NCBI GenBank assembly: GCA_045563435.1
Contig: JBJLJD010000001.1
Span: 2,284 to 66,283, forward strand
Origin: Gammaproteobacteria bacterium
GTDB taxonomy: Bacteria; Pseudomonadota; Gammaproteobacteria; Magnimaribacterales; TMED112
DNA length: 64,000 nucleotides
Direction of reading: 5' to 3'
Shown: positions 55,517 to 64,000 of the stretch, piece by piece
Numbering within the stretch: position 1 is the stretch's first letter
Layout: every line of letters starts with the position of its first letter
Notes under the pieces: model-generated
What the model was told of the DNA's origin: nothing
What the model saw: the letters and a program-made list of their open reading frames with translations, nothing else
The model's database searches: none
Program-made: the position numbers and the translations under genes

Positions 55517-57023
55517 CAGTAATTTTAATTAAAAGATAATTTCCCTGCGTATCAAGAATTTCAAATTCATTTTCCAAAAATTTCAATTTATCTAATCTAG
55601 TAAGAATAATTGCATTTGGCTCTAATCCTCTGTAATAGTTAACATTTGCATAAAAGGAAAAACTTGGTTTGTTAATTTTATAAGCAAGGATTTTTTCCTT
55701 AGTATTTGCATATTTTTTCCCAAGTTCTCTCAAGTCTTTTTGTTGTAAATCAATAATCAAGGGAAGAATTTTAACTGATAGAATAAAAAGAAAAAGAGAG
55801 GCAGAAATCTTTTTCAATATATTAACTTCAACACGTGATATTACTAACAAAGCTAGGAAGAAAATTATGAAGCTTACTATAGATAAATATAGGGTTTCAT
55901 TAAATACATCTTCAAGGCCGCTTAATGAAATATCAAAATTATTCCTTGGCAGAAATGAACTAAGAGCGTATGGAATGCTTAAGAGCATAAGCCATATCAA
56001 TAATTGATATATGCTTTCTAAGATAGTTGGTGCTCTTTCCTGATCAATTAACAAAATTTTTTGTAGAAAAAATACAATAGGGGCCAAACCATAGATTAAA
56101 TAATGTGGCAACTTTGTAGTAGAAAAGGAAAAAAAGACGAAAACAAAAGCTAACCAAGTGAAAAGAAACTTTTCTAAATTATCTTTTAAATTTAGTTTAA
56201 ATAAAGATCTTACAAAATCAGGGAAAAAAGCAAGCGTCACCAATGGCAAAACTAAAAAGTAATAATAAAACATTCCATCATGACTCTCGAAAGCTGTTGT
56301 ATACCTCCCGAAAGATTGTCCAAGGAACATATAGCTTAATGGCTCAAGACCGATTTTTAGATACACATAAGAAAGCCATGGCAATATAATTGCAAAGAAA
56401 ATAAGCCAAGGCTTGATGCTTAAAATTGCACCTAAGAAAGTATTAAATTTTTTTGTAATTATTGAAAAAATAAAAAACACAGCGCCACAAATGGCAATAA
56501 TTGTTAAACCTTTGGTAAGAAAACCTAATCCAATCCAAACAGAACATCTTATTAATTCCTCTTTATTCTCATTTTCACAAAAACGGTAAATATTAATCAT
56601 TGCTAAAGTTATAAAAAGGTTCAAAAAAGCATCAGCTGTTGCCACTGAACTCATAAGAAATATTCCAGGAAGTAATAGAAAAATGTTTAAAACTGATGTT
56701 ATTTTAAAATCATTCTTAAAGCTAAAAATAAATTTAGAAAAGACAAAGCCCCAGATAAAAGTTGCAACCATAGAAGGTAGCCTCAATGAAAACTCAGACA
56801 TGCCAAATACAAAAATAGAAATACATTGAAAAATATATGTCAAAATTGGTTTTTCTAATCTAAGTTCGTCTCCAAGGTAAGGAATAAGGAATTGCTTTTC
56901 TCGAAGCATCTGTAAAGAGGTAGAGCTGAAAGCTCCTTCATCGAGATCAGTTATGCCAAGAAATAGTAGTGGAATATATGCAGAAAATAATACCAGGTAA
57001 AAAAAATTATTTTTTAAGCTCAT
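55509..57023 (-). CDS. ArnT/GT83-like (GT-C) lipid glycosyltransferase
   Basis: [31 protein letters not shown] and STTKLPHY; ATG at 57023. Confidence 0.88.
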   Translation of the reverse strand: MSLKNNFFYLVLFSAYIPLLFLGITDLDEGAFSSTSLQMLREKQFLIPYLGDELRLEKPILTYIFQCISIFVFGMSEFSLRLPSMVATFIWGFVFSKFIFSFKNDFKITSVLNIFLLLPGIFLMSSVATADAFLNLFITLAMINIYRFCENENKEELIRCSVWIGLGFLTKGLTIIAICGAVFFIFSIITKKFNTFLGAILSIKPWLIFFAIILPWLSYVYLKIGLEPLSYMFLGQSFGRYTTAFESHDGMFYYYFLVLPLVTLAFFPDFVRSLFKLNLKDNLEKFLFTWLAFVFVFFSFSTTKLPHYLIYGLAPIVFFLQKILLIDQERAPTILESIYQLLIWLMLLSIPYALSSFLPRNNFDISLSGLEDVFNETLYLSIVSFIIFFLALLVISRVEVNILKKISASLFLFILSVKILPLIIDLQQKDLRELGKKYANTKEKILAYKINKPSFSFYANVNYYRGLEPNAIILTRLDKLKFLENEFEILDTQGNYLLIKITDE

Positions 57024-57150
57024 TTTTTGACCTTCTACAACGCTCACTACAGTAAATCACATTTTCCCAGTCTCTGCTCCATTTTTTTCTCCAAGAAAAA
57101 TCCTTTTTGCACATTGGACAAATTTTTGTGGGAAGATTTTCTTTCTTCAA
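57007..57150 (-). CDS. DUF2256-type small Cys-rich protein (47 aa), missed by the ORF track
   Basis: Manual translation [47 protein letters not shown]; TTG start overlaps the upstream TGA and the stop overlaps the arnT-like start. Confidence 0.85.
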   Translation of the reverse strand: MKKENLPTKICPMCKKDFSWRKKWSRDWENVIYCSERCRRSKNELKK

Positions 57151-57575
57151 ATTAGTAAAAATTTTTGAACAAGCAAATAAGTCGCAGCGAAAGAATTGCC
57201 AATTAAAATCACTACACTTAACAAATGAAAGATGTTAAATAGAACTCGATTTTTAAGCTGATCTATGCTGGAAAGTAATAGAGAAATAAATAAATTAAGA
57301 AAAATAGTCACTATCATGATACATGCTAGTAATGTTTCATAATTCGAAAAGAATAGTTCGTAAGTTCCCAGTTTTAAAAAATAAAATATACCTAGATATA
57401 AACCTAAAAATACTATTAAAAAAAGATTTAGTCTGAAAAAGAAAGACCTCAAAAAAAATTTCAATGTCTCTTTATCAAGTGTCTTCCTGGCTGCTGGAGT
57501 TACTACAAATGGAGCTGCCCATATCGAACCAATAACAGTCGCGAGGATAAATTGTAAAGCTATATCAACAAACAT
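57147..57575 (-). CDS. Four-TM membrane protein (DUF4149-like)
   Basis: Four hydrophobic helices, [14 protein letters not shown] and FNIFH.LSV patterns. Confidence 0.6.
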   Translation of the reverse strand: MFVDIALQFILATVIGSIWAAPFVVTPAARKTLDKETLKFFLRSFFFRLNLFLIVFLGLYLGIFYFLKLGTYELFFSNYETLLACIMIVTIFLNLFISLLLSSIDQLKNRVLFNIFHLLSVVILIGNSFAATYLLVQKFLLI

Positions 57576-57583
57576 AAATGCAA

Positions 57584-57660
57584 TGGCGATCCGGAAGGGA
57601 CTCGAACCCTCGACCTCCTGCGTGACAGGCAGGCATTCTAACCAGCTGAACTACCGGACC
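57584..57660 (-). tRNA. tRNA-Asp(GTC)
   Basis: GGTCCGGTAGTTCAGCTGGTTAGAATGCCTGCCTGTCACGCAGG...GGATCGCCA. Confidence 0.97.
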
Positions 57661-57717
57661 GCAAGTGTTAGATTTTGTTATAAATATGCTTTTAATACAA
57701 CTTTTTAAAGGTAAATA

Positions 57718-57753
57718 AAGTTGTATTTTAGTTTTAAGTTGTATTTTAGTTTT
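57718..57753 (+). repeat. 18-bp perfect tandem direct repeat upstream of proteorhodopsin
   Basis: AAGTTGTATTTTAGTTTT twice; inverted partial copy AATACAACTT at 57694-57703. Confidence 0.9.
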
Positions 57754-57767
57754 AGAGCCACTAAAAT
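57739..57767 (+). promoter_or_regulatory. Candidate sigma70 promoter of proteorhodopsin
   Basis: TTGTAT 57739-57744, 17-bp spacer, TAAAAT 57762-57767; GGGGGA Shine-Dalgarno before the ATG at 57805. Confidence 0.55.
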
Positions 57768-57804
57768 GTACGCGTTAACGTAAATTTACTTAACGGGGGA
57801 AATT

Positions 57805-58506
57805 ATGGATTATTTTCTAGCACAAGACGATTTTGTCGGGATATCCTTTTGGATTGCCACAGCTGTTATGGCTGCGGGAGCACTTTTCTTCTTCGTAGAA
57901 AGAAGTACAGTTAAAGCTTCATGGCAAACTTCCTTGACAGTCGCAGCGCTCGTGTGTTTCGTTGCCTTTTGGCACTACATGTACATGAGAGACGTTTGGG
58001 TAGCTACTGGAGAATCTCCAACAGTATATAGATATATTGATTGGTTGATCACTGTTCCTATGCAGATTGTCGAGTTTTATCTAATTCTTGCAGCAGTTGT
58101 TGCAGTAAGTCTTGGAGTATTTTGGAAATTATTTATTGCATCACTTGTAATGCTCATAGGTGGGTATTTGGGTGAAGCTGGATTAATTGACGCAACTGTA
58201 GGTTTTGTTGTGGGGATGTTAGGTTGGATATTTATTATTTACTATGTCTTTGCAGGAGAAGCGGCTCAAATTAAAGATGCTGCAGGAAACGAAAACCTTA
58301 CCTTTGCATTTAATGGAATCAAGTGGATTGTAACTGTTGGGTGGGCTATCTATCCTTTAGGTTATTTCCTTGGTTATTTAGGTGGTGGTGTAGATGCTAA
58401 CGCTCTAAACATTATCTATAACTTAGCTGACCTTGTTAACAAATTCCTATTTGGATTAGTTATCTGGTACGCAGCTATGAGAGATTCCGGAGTACAAAAA
58501 GGTTAA
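57805..58506 (+). CDS. Proteorhodopsin, DTE proton pump, blue-tuned (Gln at the position equivalent to 105)
   Basis: Seven TMs, WHYMYMR (His75), YRYIDWLITVPMQIVEF (D97, T101, Q105, E108) and retinal-binding Lys in NLADLVNK. Confidence 0.96.
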   Translation: MDYFLAQDDFVGISFWIATAVMAAGALFFFVERSTVKASWQTSLTVAALVCFVAFWHYMYMRDVWVATGESPTVYRYIDWLITVPMQIVEFYLILAAVVAVSLGVFWKLFIASLVMLIGGYLGEAGLIDATVGFVVGMLGWIFIIYYVFAGEAAQIKDAAGNENLTFAFNGIKWIVTVGWAIYPLGYFLGYLGGGVDANALNIIYNLADLVNKFLFGLVIWYAAMRDSGVQKG

Positions 58507-58524
58507 ATTTAACTTTAAACCTTT

Positions 58525-58550
58525 AGAGCCCGCGAAAGCGGGCTTTTTTT
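58525..58550 (+). terminator. Intrinsic terminator after proteorhodopsin
   Basis: AGAGCCCGC-GAAA-GCGGGC followed by a T run. Confidence 0.88.
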
Positions 58551-58972
58551 TAGAACCTATTTTCTCTGTCTATAAGAAATACAGTATGAACAAGTGTTGT
58601 GACCAACTTACCATCTTTATTGATAAGCTCCCCTCTTACAGTCGCTATATTCTTACCTTTTTTCATAAGTATTGCTCTAGCGGTGACCTTTCCTTTAAAA
58701 AGAGGCCTGTGATGGAGTGTGTGTAAATCGGTCGAGCTAGGATATAAAGTCCCTCCCGACTCAAAAATTAATAGTAATGCTGTTACGTCATCAAGCATTG
58801 ATGTCATCATTCCACCCTGGACTGATCCATCTGGATTTAAGCATAATTCATTAAATTCCCCAGATAATTCTAGAAAACCCTCCTTATGCTCTTTAAATTC
58901 AAAATTAAACAGCTTACCAGTGCCGCCATTTTCTTTATGGAAATCCAAGAACTTATTTATATCTTTACTCAT
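58550..58972 (-). CDS. PaaI-family hotdog thioesterase
   Basis: LNPDGSVQGGMMTSMLDD motif; true start is the ATG at 58972 because the longer ORF overlaps tRNA-Val. Confidence 0.85.
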   Translation of the reverse strand: MSKDINKFLDFHKENGGTGKLFNFEFKEHKEGFLELSGEFNELCLNPDGSVQGGMMTSMLDDVTALLLIFESGGTLYPSSTDLHTLHHRPLFKGKVTARAILMKKGKNIATVRGELINKDGKLVTTLVHTVFLIDRENRF

Positions 58973-58982
58973 AAAAAATGAT

Positions 58983-59059
58983 TGGTGCGAGTTGTAGGAT
59001 TCGAACCTACGACCCCCTGCTTGTAAGGCAGGTGCTCTAACCAACTGAGCTAAACTCGC
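58983..59059 (-). tRNA. tRNA-Val(TAC)
   Basis: GCGAGTTTAGCTCAGTTGGTTAGAGCACCTGCCTTACAAGCAGG...AACTCGCACCA. Confidence 0.97.
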
Positions 59060-59087
59060 AGAAAGCAATAGAATATAATAAATTCTT

Positions 59088-60437
59088 ATGGAAGACTACA
59101 CGGAAAATCTTAATTCAAACTCTAGAGATATTCTCAGCGTATCAGAAGTAAACCAAACAGCTGATGATTTTTTGAGGGACATTCCACCTCTTTGGGTCTC
59201 TGGTGAAATCTCAGGTTTTAAAGCCTATCCGTCAGGACACTGGTACTTTTCGATAAAAGATTCTGAGGCTGTTTTAAGATGTGTGATGTTTAAAGGTGAT
59301 AATAATAAAGTTCTAAATGAACCGAAAGAAGGTGATCAATTAATTCTCTTTGGAAAACTTTCTGTTTATAAGCGAACAGGAAGTTACCAAATGACAGTAA
59401 GGCAAATGGAGCTGGCTGGATTTGGTGAATTGATGAGAAAATTCGAGCTTCTAAAAAATAAGCTTAATTCTGAAGGATTATTTGAAATAAAAAATAGTGA
59501 ACAAATTCCTGAGATAAATAATAAAATAGCAATTGTTACATCTTCGAAAGGAGCGGCTATAAGAGATGTAATATCTACGCTACAAAGACGATCACCTCAT
59601 ACAGAAATCTTGATTGCTCCAACTATAGTCCAAGGAGAACAATCTCCTGATTCTATACTTCAGTCATTGAAATTAATTGAAACTCAGTATGCAGAAAATA
59701 ATATTGATGCAGCAATCATATGCAGAGGAGGAGGATCAATTGAAGATCTTTGGGCTTTCAATAATGAAGAAGTGTGCAGATACATAGCACAAATGAAGAC
59801 GCCTGTAATAAGTGGAGTTGGTCATGAGACAGATTTTACTCTTACCGATTTTGTTTCAAACTACAGGGCAGCAACGCCCACAGCAGCAGCAGAAATAATA
59901 TCAGAGGGCTCTAGTCGTATTTTAGAATATTTCGGAAATGCTAAATTAGTTCTTCGTAGAAATATTATTACTAAAATTAAAGAAAAGACACAGGCTCTTC
60001 ATTTTCTTAAAAAACAACTGAGAACTCCAAAGCAAAAACTTAACGAACAGCAACTCAGACTTGATGAGCAACATGAAAGAATAGAGTTAGCCATCAAAAA
60101 CTTTTTAAGCAAAAAAATTAATTTAATAGATATTAAATTTGCCGAGCTAAACAATGTTTCTCCTAAATCAAGATTAGTAAAAATTTTTAATGCTTTAAAT
60201 GTTCTAAAGACAAATCTAAACCATCAACTACTCACGATAGTGAGTGGTTCAAATTCAAAACTTAAGTTAATTCATGAAAAAATTCACGCTCTTGATCCTA
60301 AAGGAGTGTTAAAAAGAGGTTATTCAATTACAACTGATGGAAAAAACAGAGTAATTAAAGATGCAAAAAGATTGAAAAAAGGTGTAGAAATTCAAACTCT
60401 ATTTTCTAAAGGTAAAGTGAAATCAAAAGTTAGCTAA
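59088..60437 (+). CDS. xseA: Exodeoxyribonuclease VII large subunit
   Basis: WVSGEISG..SGHWYF, GAAIRD, RGGGSIEDLWAFN, GVGHETD and TPTAAAE. Confidence 0.96.
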   Translation: MEDYTENLNSNSRDILSVSEVNQTADDFLRDIPPLWVSGEISGFKAYPSGHWYFSIKDSEAVLRCVMFKGDNNKVLNEPKEGDQLILFGKLSVYKRTGSYQMTVRQMELAGFGELMRKFELLKNKLNSEGLFEIKNSEQIPEINNKIAIVTSSKGAAIRDVISTLQRRSPHTEILIAPTIVQGEQSPDSILQSLKLIETQYAENNIDAAIICRGGGSIEDLWAFNNEEVCRYIAQMKTPVISGVGHETDFTLTDFVSNYRAATPTAAAEIISEGSSRILEYFGNAKLVLRRNIITKIKEKTQALHFLKKQLRTPKQKLNEQQLRLDEQHERIELAIKNFLSKKINLIDIKFAELNNVSPKSRLVKIFNALNVLKTNLNHQLLTIVSGSNSKLKLIHEKIHALDPKGVLKRGYSITTDGKNRVIKDAKRLKKGVEIQTLFSKGKVKSKVS

Positions 60438-60885
60438 GATCCTGAACAATGCTTTCTAATGTCTCAAGTGTTTGGGGAGTCGTAATAGTCTTTAATATTG
60501 AATTGTTTTTGATTATTAGTATTGTTGGTACGCTATTGGGTATATCAACACCCCAAATATCTCTTGGATCAGTTCGTAAATTTAAAAATTGAATATTAAA
60601 TTTTTTTATAAATCCCTCAACAACCTCGTCTTCAAGGACATCAAACTGATCAAAATGAAATCCAATTACTGTTACATTTGGGTTTTTATCTAATTCGTTA
60701 AAATAAGGAAACTCCTTAATGCATGGGGCGCACCAATCTGCCCAGAAATTTAGAAAAATTAATTGATCATTGAGCATATAAGAGTGTTTTGGTTTAGAGT
60801 TTGTAAATTCTAAATCCGGCCTCTCGCAAGAAGCTAGAAAAAATAAACTTAAAATTGCTAATATCCTCATCTGAAAAAATTTCAT
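60430..60885 (-). CDS. TlpA-like thioredoxin-fold lipoprotein
   Basis: Lipobox LASC and NFWADWCAPCIKEFP. Confidence 0.88.
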   Translation of the reverse strand: MKFFQMRILAILSLFFLASCERPDLEFTNSKPKHSYMLNDQLIFLNFWADWCAPCIKEFPYFNELDKNPNVTVIGFHFDQFDVLEDEVVEGFIKKFNIQFLNLRTDPRDIWGVDIPNSVPTILIIKNNSILKTITTPQTLETLESIVQDLS

Positions 60886-60951
60886 AAATAATACATTTAT
60901 TTAATAAAAATGAAACTTTATTTCACTCATAAAAGTAATATATAAGAAGTT

Positions 60952-62802
60952 ATGGCAAAAACTAAGAAAAAAAATGATATCGGAGCGTTTTCTAGGCTAG
61001 GAAATTTTCTAGGTAATATTTGGTATTTTATAAGAGTTGGTAGAGATTTCTTCTGGAAAGCAATACGCTTTACCTTAGCAACATCAATCTTTTTATTTGT
61101 TGTTGCTGCCATTCTAGTAAGTATTTTAGATCCACTTTTTGATAACGAAACCAAGCCAAAAGCAGATGGAAAAGTTGTCGTTTTTAGCCCGGACGGAATA
61201 GTTGTTGACCAACAAATTCCCAAATCACAAGATAAATTCACTGCATTCTTGGGTGATGAAGAAGTCATTACATATGAGTTTAAACATTTGGTAGATTTTT
61301 TTCAGAAATTTAAAGAAGATGAAAAGGTTTCAGGTATGATTTTTGATCCATCTGGACTACAAATAAGTTCTGCTTATGCAATACCTTTAGCTAAAAAGAT
61401 AAAAGAAGCTGCACAGGCAGGCAAAGAAATAATTATCAGAGCTGAGTCACTCTCGATTTATGGAGATACGGCTTATTTACTTTCATCCGGTGCAACTGAA
61501 ATAAGCGCAAGTAAATATTCTGCATTTGCACTTGATGGCTTTACGTCTACTAGACTGTATCAAAAGGATTTTTTTGAAAAATTTCTTATAACTCCAAGAG
61601 TTTTTACAGCAGGAGATTGGAAGACAGGGCCTGAAGACTGGACAAGATCAAATATGAGCCAGGAGCAAAAGGATAATTCATACTACATAGATAGATTCTG
61701 GAATGTGTATAAAAACTTTGTTACAGAAACAAGAGATGTAGACCTTCAATGGTATGCAGATGAATCTTATAAAGATCTAGTTGCTGGGAATGTTTCTTTT
61801 GAGAATGCCAATCTTGAGTGGAATGTCATTGATTATCAAGAAGAAGAGGATGATTTTAATGACAGAATGCTGGAAAAATTTGGCGCTGCAGAAAGTGATG
61901 AAGACGAACTAAATGCAATTTACTACAGGGATTATTTGAAAACATTTGAGAAAGTAAAAAAATCTAAATCGAAAAATGTTATCAAGGTTATTACTATAGA
62001 GGGTGCGATCACTACAGGACCGGTACAGTTAGGTATAGCTGGCTCTGATGGACTAGTAAAAATGTTAAAAGCTGCCCATGAAAACGAGAATACAAAAGCA
62101 ATTGTGTTAAGAGTAAATTCACCAGGAGGCTCGGTTGTTGCATCTGAATATATAAGGTGGGAGATTGAAAAAGCACAGAATAAAGGCATTCCAATTGTTG
62201 TCTCAATGGGTAGTTTAGCTGCTTCTGGTGGCTACTGGGTTTCATCGATGGCAGATAAAATCTACGCTGAAGAAAATACTATTACAGGTTCAATAGGTGT
62301 TTATGGACGTCTTTTATCTTTTGAAAAGATTCTTGAGTGGGCAGGATTAAATTATGATTCAAATAAAACAACTGAATTTGGAGATTTCAATCCTGTGGCA
62401 GAAGACTGGCCTGAAGATGTAATAGAAACTTTTCAAGCAAATATTGATGAAACATACATGAACTTCACAACACAAACTTCAAAAGATAGAGATATACCTT
62501 TGGACAAAGTTTTAGAAATTGCTAGAGGAAGAGTTTGGTATGGAGAGGATGCAGTTGAAATAGGTCTCGTAGATGAAATAGGCACTCTTGAAGACGCTAT
62601 TAATTTTACAGCAGATTCTTTATTAGAGATTAATGACTTTAAAGTGGACTATGTTAAGCCTGCAAAAAATAGCAACAGTTTAAATTTTGCAATCTCACTA
62701 ACTGAAGCTATATCTGAAGTTATAAATGGAAAAGAATTAGGTAAAGGTAAAATGAGAAAAGAGATTAATGTCCTTTGCAGAGAGTGTTCGATTATTGATT
62801 AA
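60952..62802 (+). CDS. sppA: Signal peptide peptidase SppA (67K type)
   Basis: LRVNSPGGS, SMGSLAASGGYW, TITGSIGV, ARGRVWYG; N-terminal TM. Confidence 0.93.
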   Translation: MAKTKKKNDIGAFSRLGNFLGNIWYFIRVGRDFFWKAIRFTLATSIFLFVVAAILVSILDPLFDNETKPKADGKVVVFSPDGIVVDQQIPKSQDKFTAFLGDEEVITYEFKHLVDFFQKFKEDEKVSGMIFDPSGLQISSAYAIPLAKKIKEAAQAGKEIIIRAESLSIYGDTAYLLSSGATEISASKYSAFALDGFTSTRLYQKDFFEKFLITPRVFTAGDWKTGPEDWTRSNMSQEQKDNSYYIDRFWNVYKNFVTETRDVDLQWYADESYKDLVAGNVSFENANLEWNVIDYQEEEDDFNDRMLEKFGAAESDEDELNAIYYRDYLKTFEKVKKSKSKNVIKVITIEGAITTGPVQLGIAGSDGLVKMLKAAHENENTKAIVLRVNSPGGSVVASEYIRWEIEKAQNKGIPIVVSMGSLAASGGYWVSSMADKIYAEENTITGSIGVYGRLLSFEKILEWAGLNYDSNKTTEFGDFNPVAEDWPEDVIETFQANIDETYMNFTTQTSKDRDIPLDKVLEIARGRVWYGEDAVEIGLVDEIGTLEDAINFTADSLLEINDFKVDYVKPAKNSNSLNFAISLTEAISEVINGKELGKGKMRKEINVLCRECSIID

Positions 62803-63502
62803 TTCTTTTTTTTAGATAGCTCATTATTGTTCTTTTCGATGGTCTTTTTTTCTCAGAATAAAGGAATTGCTCAAGCTCAACAAACAAGTCTTTAATAGAG
62901 GAGATATCTCTCCTTACGATTTTTGATATATCTTCAATAAGCTCTTTTGAAAAAAAAAGTTTTAATTTTAAATTCATAAAATCAATTACATCATCAACTT
63001 CATCATCAGAAATTTGTTCAATTGAAAAACAGCTCATCTGTTTAATCCTAGAAAGCAAATCAGGAAAAAGATTTAATTGAGTAATGTGTAGTTGAGAAGA
63101 GATTAAAAGCTTTATCTTGCTGGTAAAAGCCTTATTTACAAGATTGAAAAGCTCTACTTCTATATCCTTATTAGAGCAATGAATATTGTCTATACAAATG
63201 ACTGAAAAAGAGTCTATTTCATTAAAGACTTTTACATTATTGCTAAGGTTTTCAATATCGATATACAAACATTTTTGTTCGCTAAATTTCTTGTGATTAA
63301 GTGCGCAGTTTAGTAAAAAAGTCTTTCCTAATCCTTTGTCTCCAGAAATAAATAAATTATGTGCATTAAAATCATTAATAAATAAATCTAATTCATTTTT
63401 TAATATTTTATTTTTTTTTGAAAAATAAAAATTATCTAAACTTGCATTAAGATCTCTTTTAAAATTAAAAAAATATTGATTGCTAGAGGTAATTTTATTC
63501 AT
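62792..63502 (-). CDS. hda: DnaA regulatory inactivator Hda-like protein
   Basis: N-terminal clamp-binding-like QYFF, SLDNFY, GDKGLGKT, CIDNI, LFNL.N and PDLLSR; near purM. Confidence 0.8.
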   Translation of the reverse strand: MNKITSSNQYFFNFKRDLNASLDNFYFSKKNKILKNELDLFINDFNAHNLFISGDKGLGKTFLLNCALNHKKFSEQKCLYIDIENLSNNVKVFNEIDSFSVICIDNIHCSNKDIEVELFNLVNKAFTSKIKLLISSQLHITQLNLFPDLLSRIKQMSCFSIEQISDDEVDDVIDFMNLKLKLFFSKELIEDISKIVRRDISSIKDLFVELEQFLYSEKKRPSKRTIMSYLKKRINQ

Positions 63503-63844
63503 TTAATTTTCTATATTTAAATATTCTTCTATCTTTTTTTTGTTAAATTTTAATTCAAGAAAATTTTTTTCATCGATTCGAATTACTTTAAATCCTATGA
63601 AATATTTTTCTGCATTAAACTCTATCTTCTCATTAGTCATGGAAACTTGATAATCATCTAATATCTTTTGACTTAACTCATATATTTTTTCCTCTAATCT
63701 GTATATTTCTTCATAATTAACAATATAGCTAATAAATATATTGTCTTCTTCAGCCAAATTAACTGAACTCGATAGTCCAAAAAAAAGTATAATTCTAGTG
63801 ACTTTAAGAATTTTTGAATAATACATTACACAAACATTAACCAT
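63503..63844 (-). CDS. Hypothetical protein (start uncertain)
   Basis: ORF abutting hda, in the slot between purM and hda; no recognisable motif. Confidence 0.5.
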   Translation of the reverse strand: MVNVCVMYYSKILKVTRIILFFGLSSSVNLAEEDNIFISYIVNYEEIYRLEEKIYELSQKILDDYQVSMTNEKIEFNAEKYFIGFKVIRIDEKNFLELKFNKKKIEEYLNIEN

Positions 63845-63846
63845 AA

Positions 63847-64000
63847 ATGAATAAAGGCAAGATTAATTATAAATCATCAGGCGTAAACATTGATGAAGGG
63901 CAAAAATTTATTGAAGATATTAAATCCCTTACCAAAAAAAGGGATCTAAAAAATGCTTTAAGCAATATAGGTAGTTTTTCAGGCTATGTTAAACCGCCGA
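63847..64000 (+). CDS. purM: Phosphoribosylaminoimidazole synthetase, N-terminal part
   Basis: Manual translation MNKGKINYKSSGVNIDEGQKFIEDIK...NIGSFSG matches the PurM N-terminus (Y..AGV.ID.G...IGGF.G); synteny with hda. Confidence 0.8.
   Translation, partial: MNKGKINYKSSGVNIDEGQKFIEDIKSLTKKRDLKNALSNIGSFSGYVKPP

Noticed and set aside
57718-57759. Possible CRISPR repeat (GTTTTAGAGC resembles a type II repeat start, next to a tandem duplication)
   Set aside because: Only a 10-nt match, no spacers between the copies and no cas genes in the window.
58973-59068. N-terminal extension of the 58550..59068 ORF
   Set aside because: It overlaps tRNA-Val; the thioesterase starts at the ATG at 58972.

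Overview
This is a very AT-rich, gene-dense chromosomal segment with tiny intergenic spacers, typical of a streamlined marine gammaproteobacterium. SAR86-like origin is my inference from the gene content: proteorhodopsin with no adjacent retinal genes, three TonB-dependent receptors, a FabY-like synthase and the folD-tRNA-clpPX-lon-hupB-ppiD-fabI order. Core genes include gltX, dnaQ, rnhA, gloB, fabI, ppiD, hupB, lon, clpX, clpP, folD, xseA, sppA, hda and partial purM, plus six tRNAs (Ala, His, Arg, Pro, Asp, Val). Accessory modules are: (i) a candidate phosphorus-sparing lipid-remodelling operon (PlcP-like phosphoesterase, amidohydrolase, Agt-like GT4, rhomboid, BolA, MMPL); (ii) a compact laminarin/alpha-glucan utilisation locus (GH16, TBDR, GH3, SSS symporter, glucokinase, GH13); (iii) a TBDR-DASS-GGT uptake locus; (iv) a prodomain-less kexin-like lipoprotein protease with a candidate external chaperone inside a tRNA cluster; (v) an ArnT-2xPAP2-GT2 envelope-modification cassette; (vi) a blue-tuned proteorhodopsin between tRNA-Val and tRNA-Asp. 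Features absent from the ORF track are a 65-nt structured element with its own candidate promoter and operator (24969-25085), a 47-aa DUF2256-type Cys protein, an 18-bp tandem repeat in the rhodopsin promoter and several apparently leaderless genes. No CRISPR array, integrase or transposase was seen.
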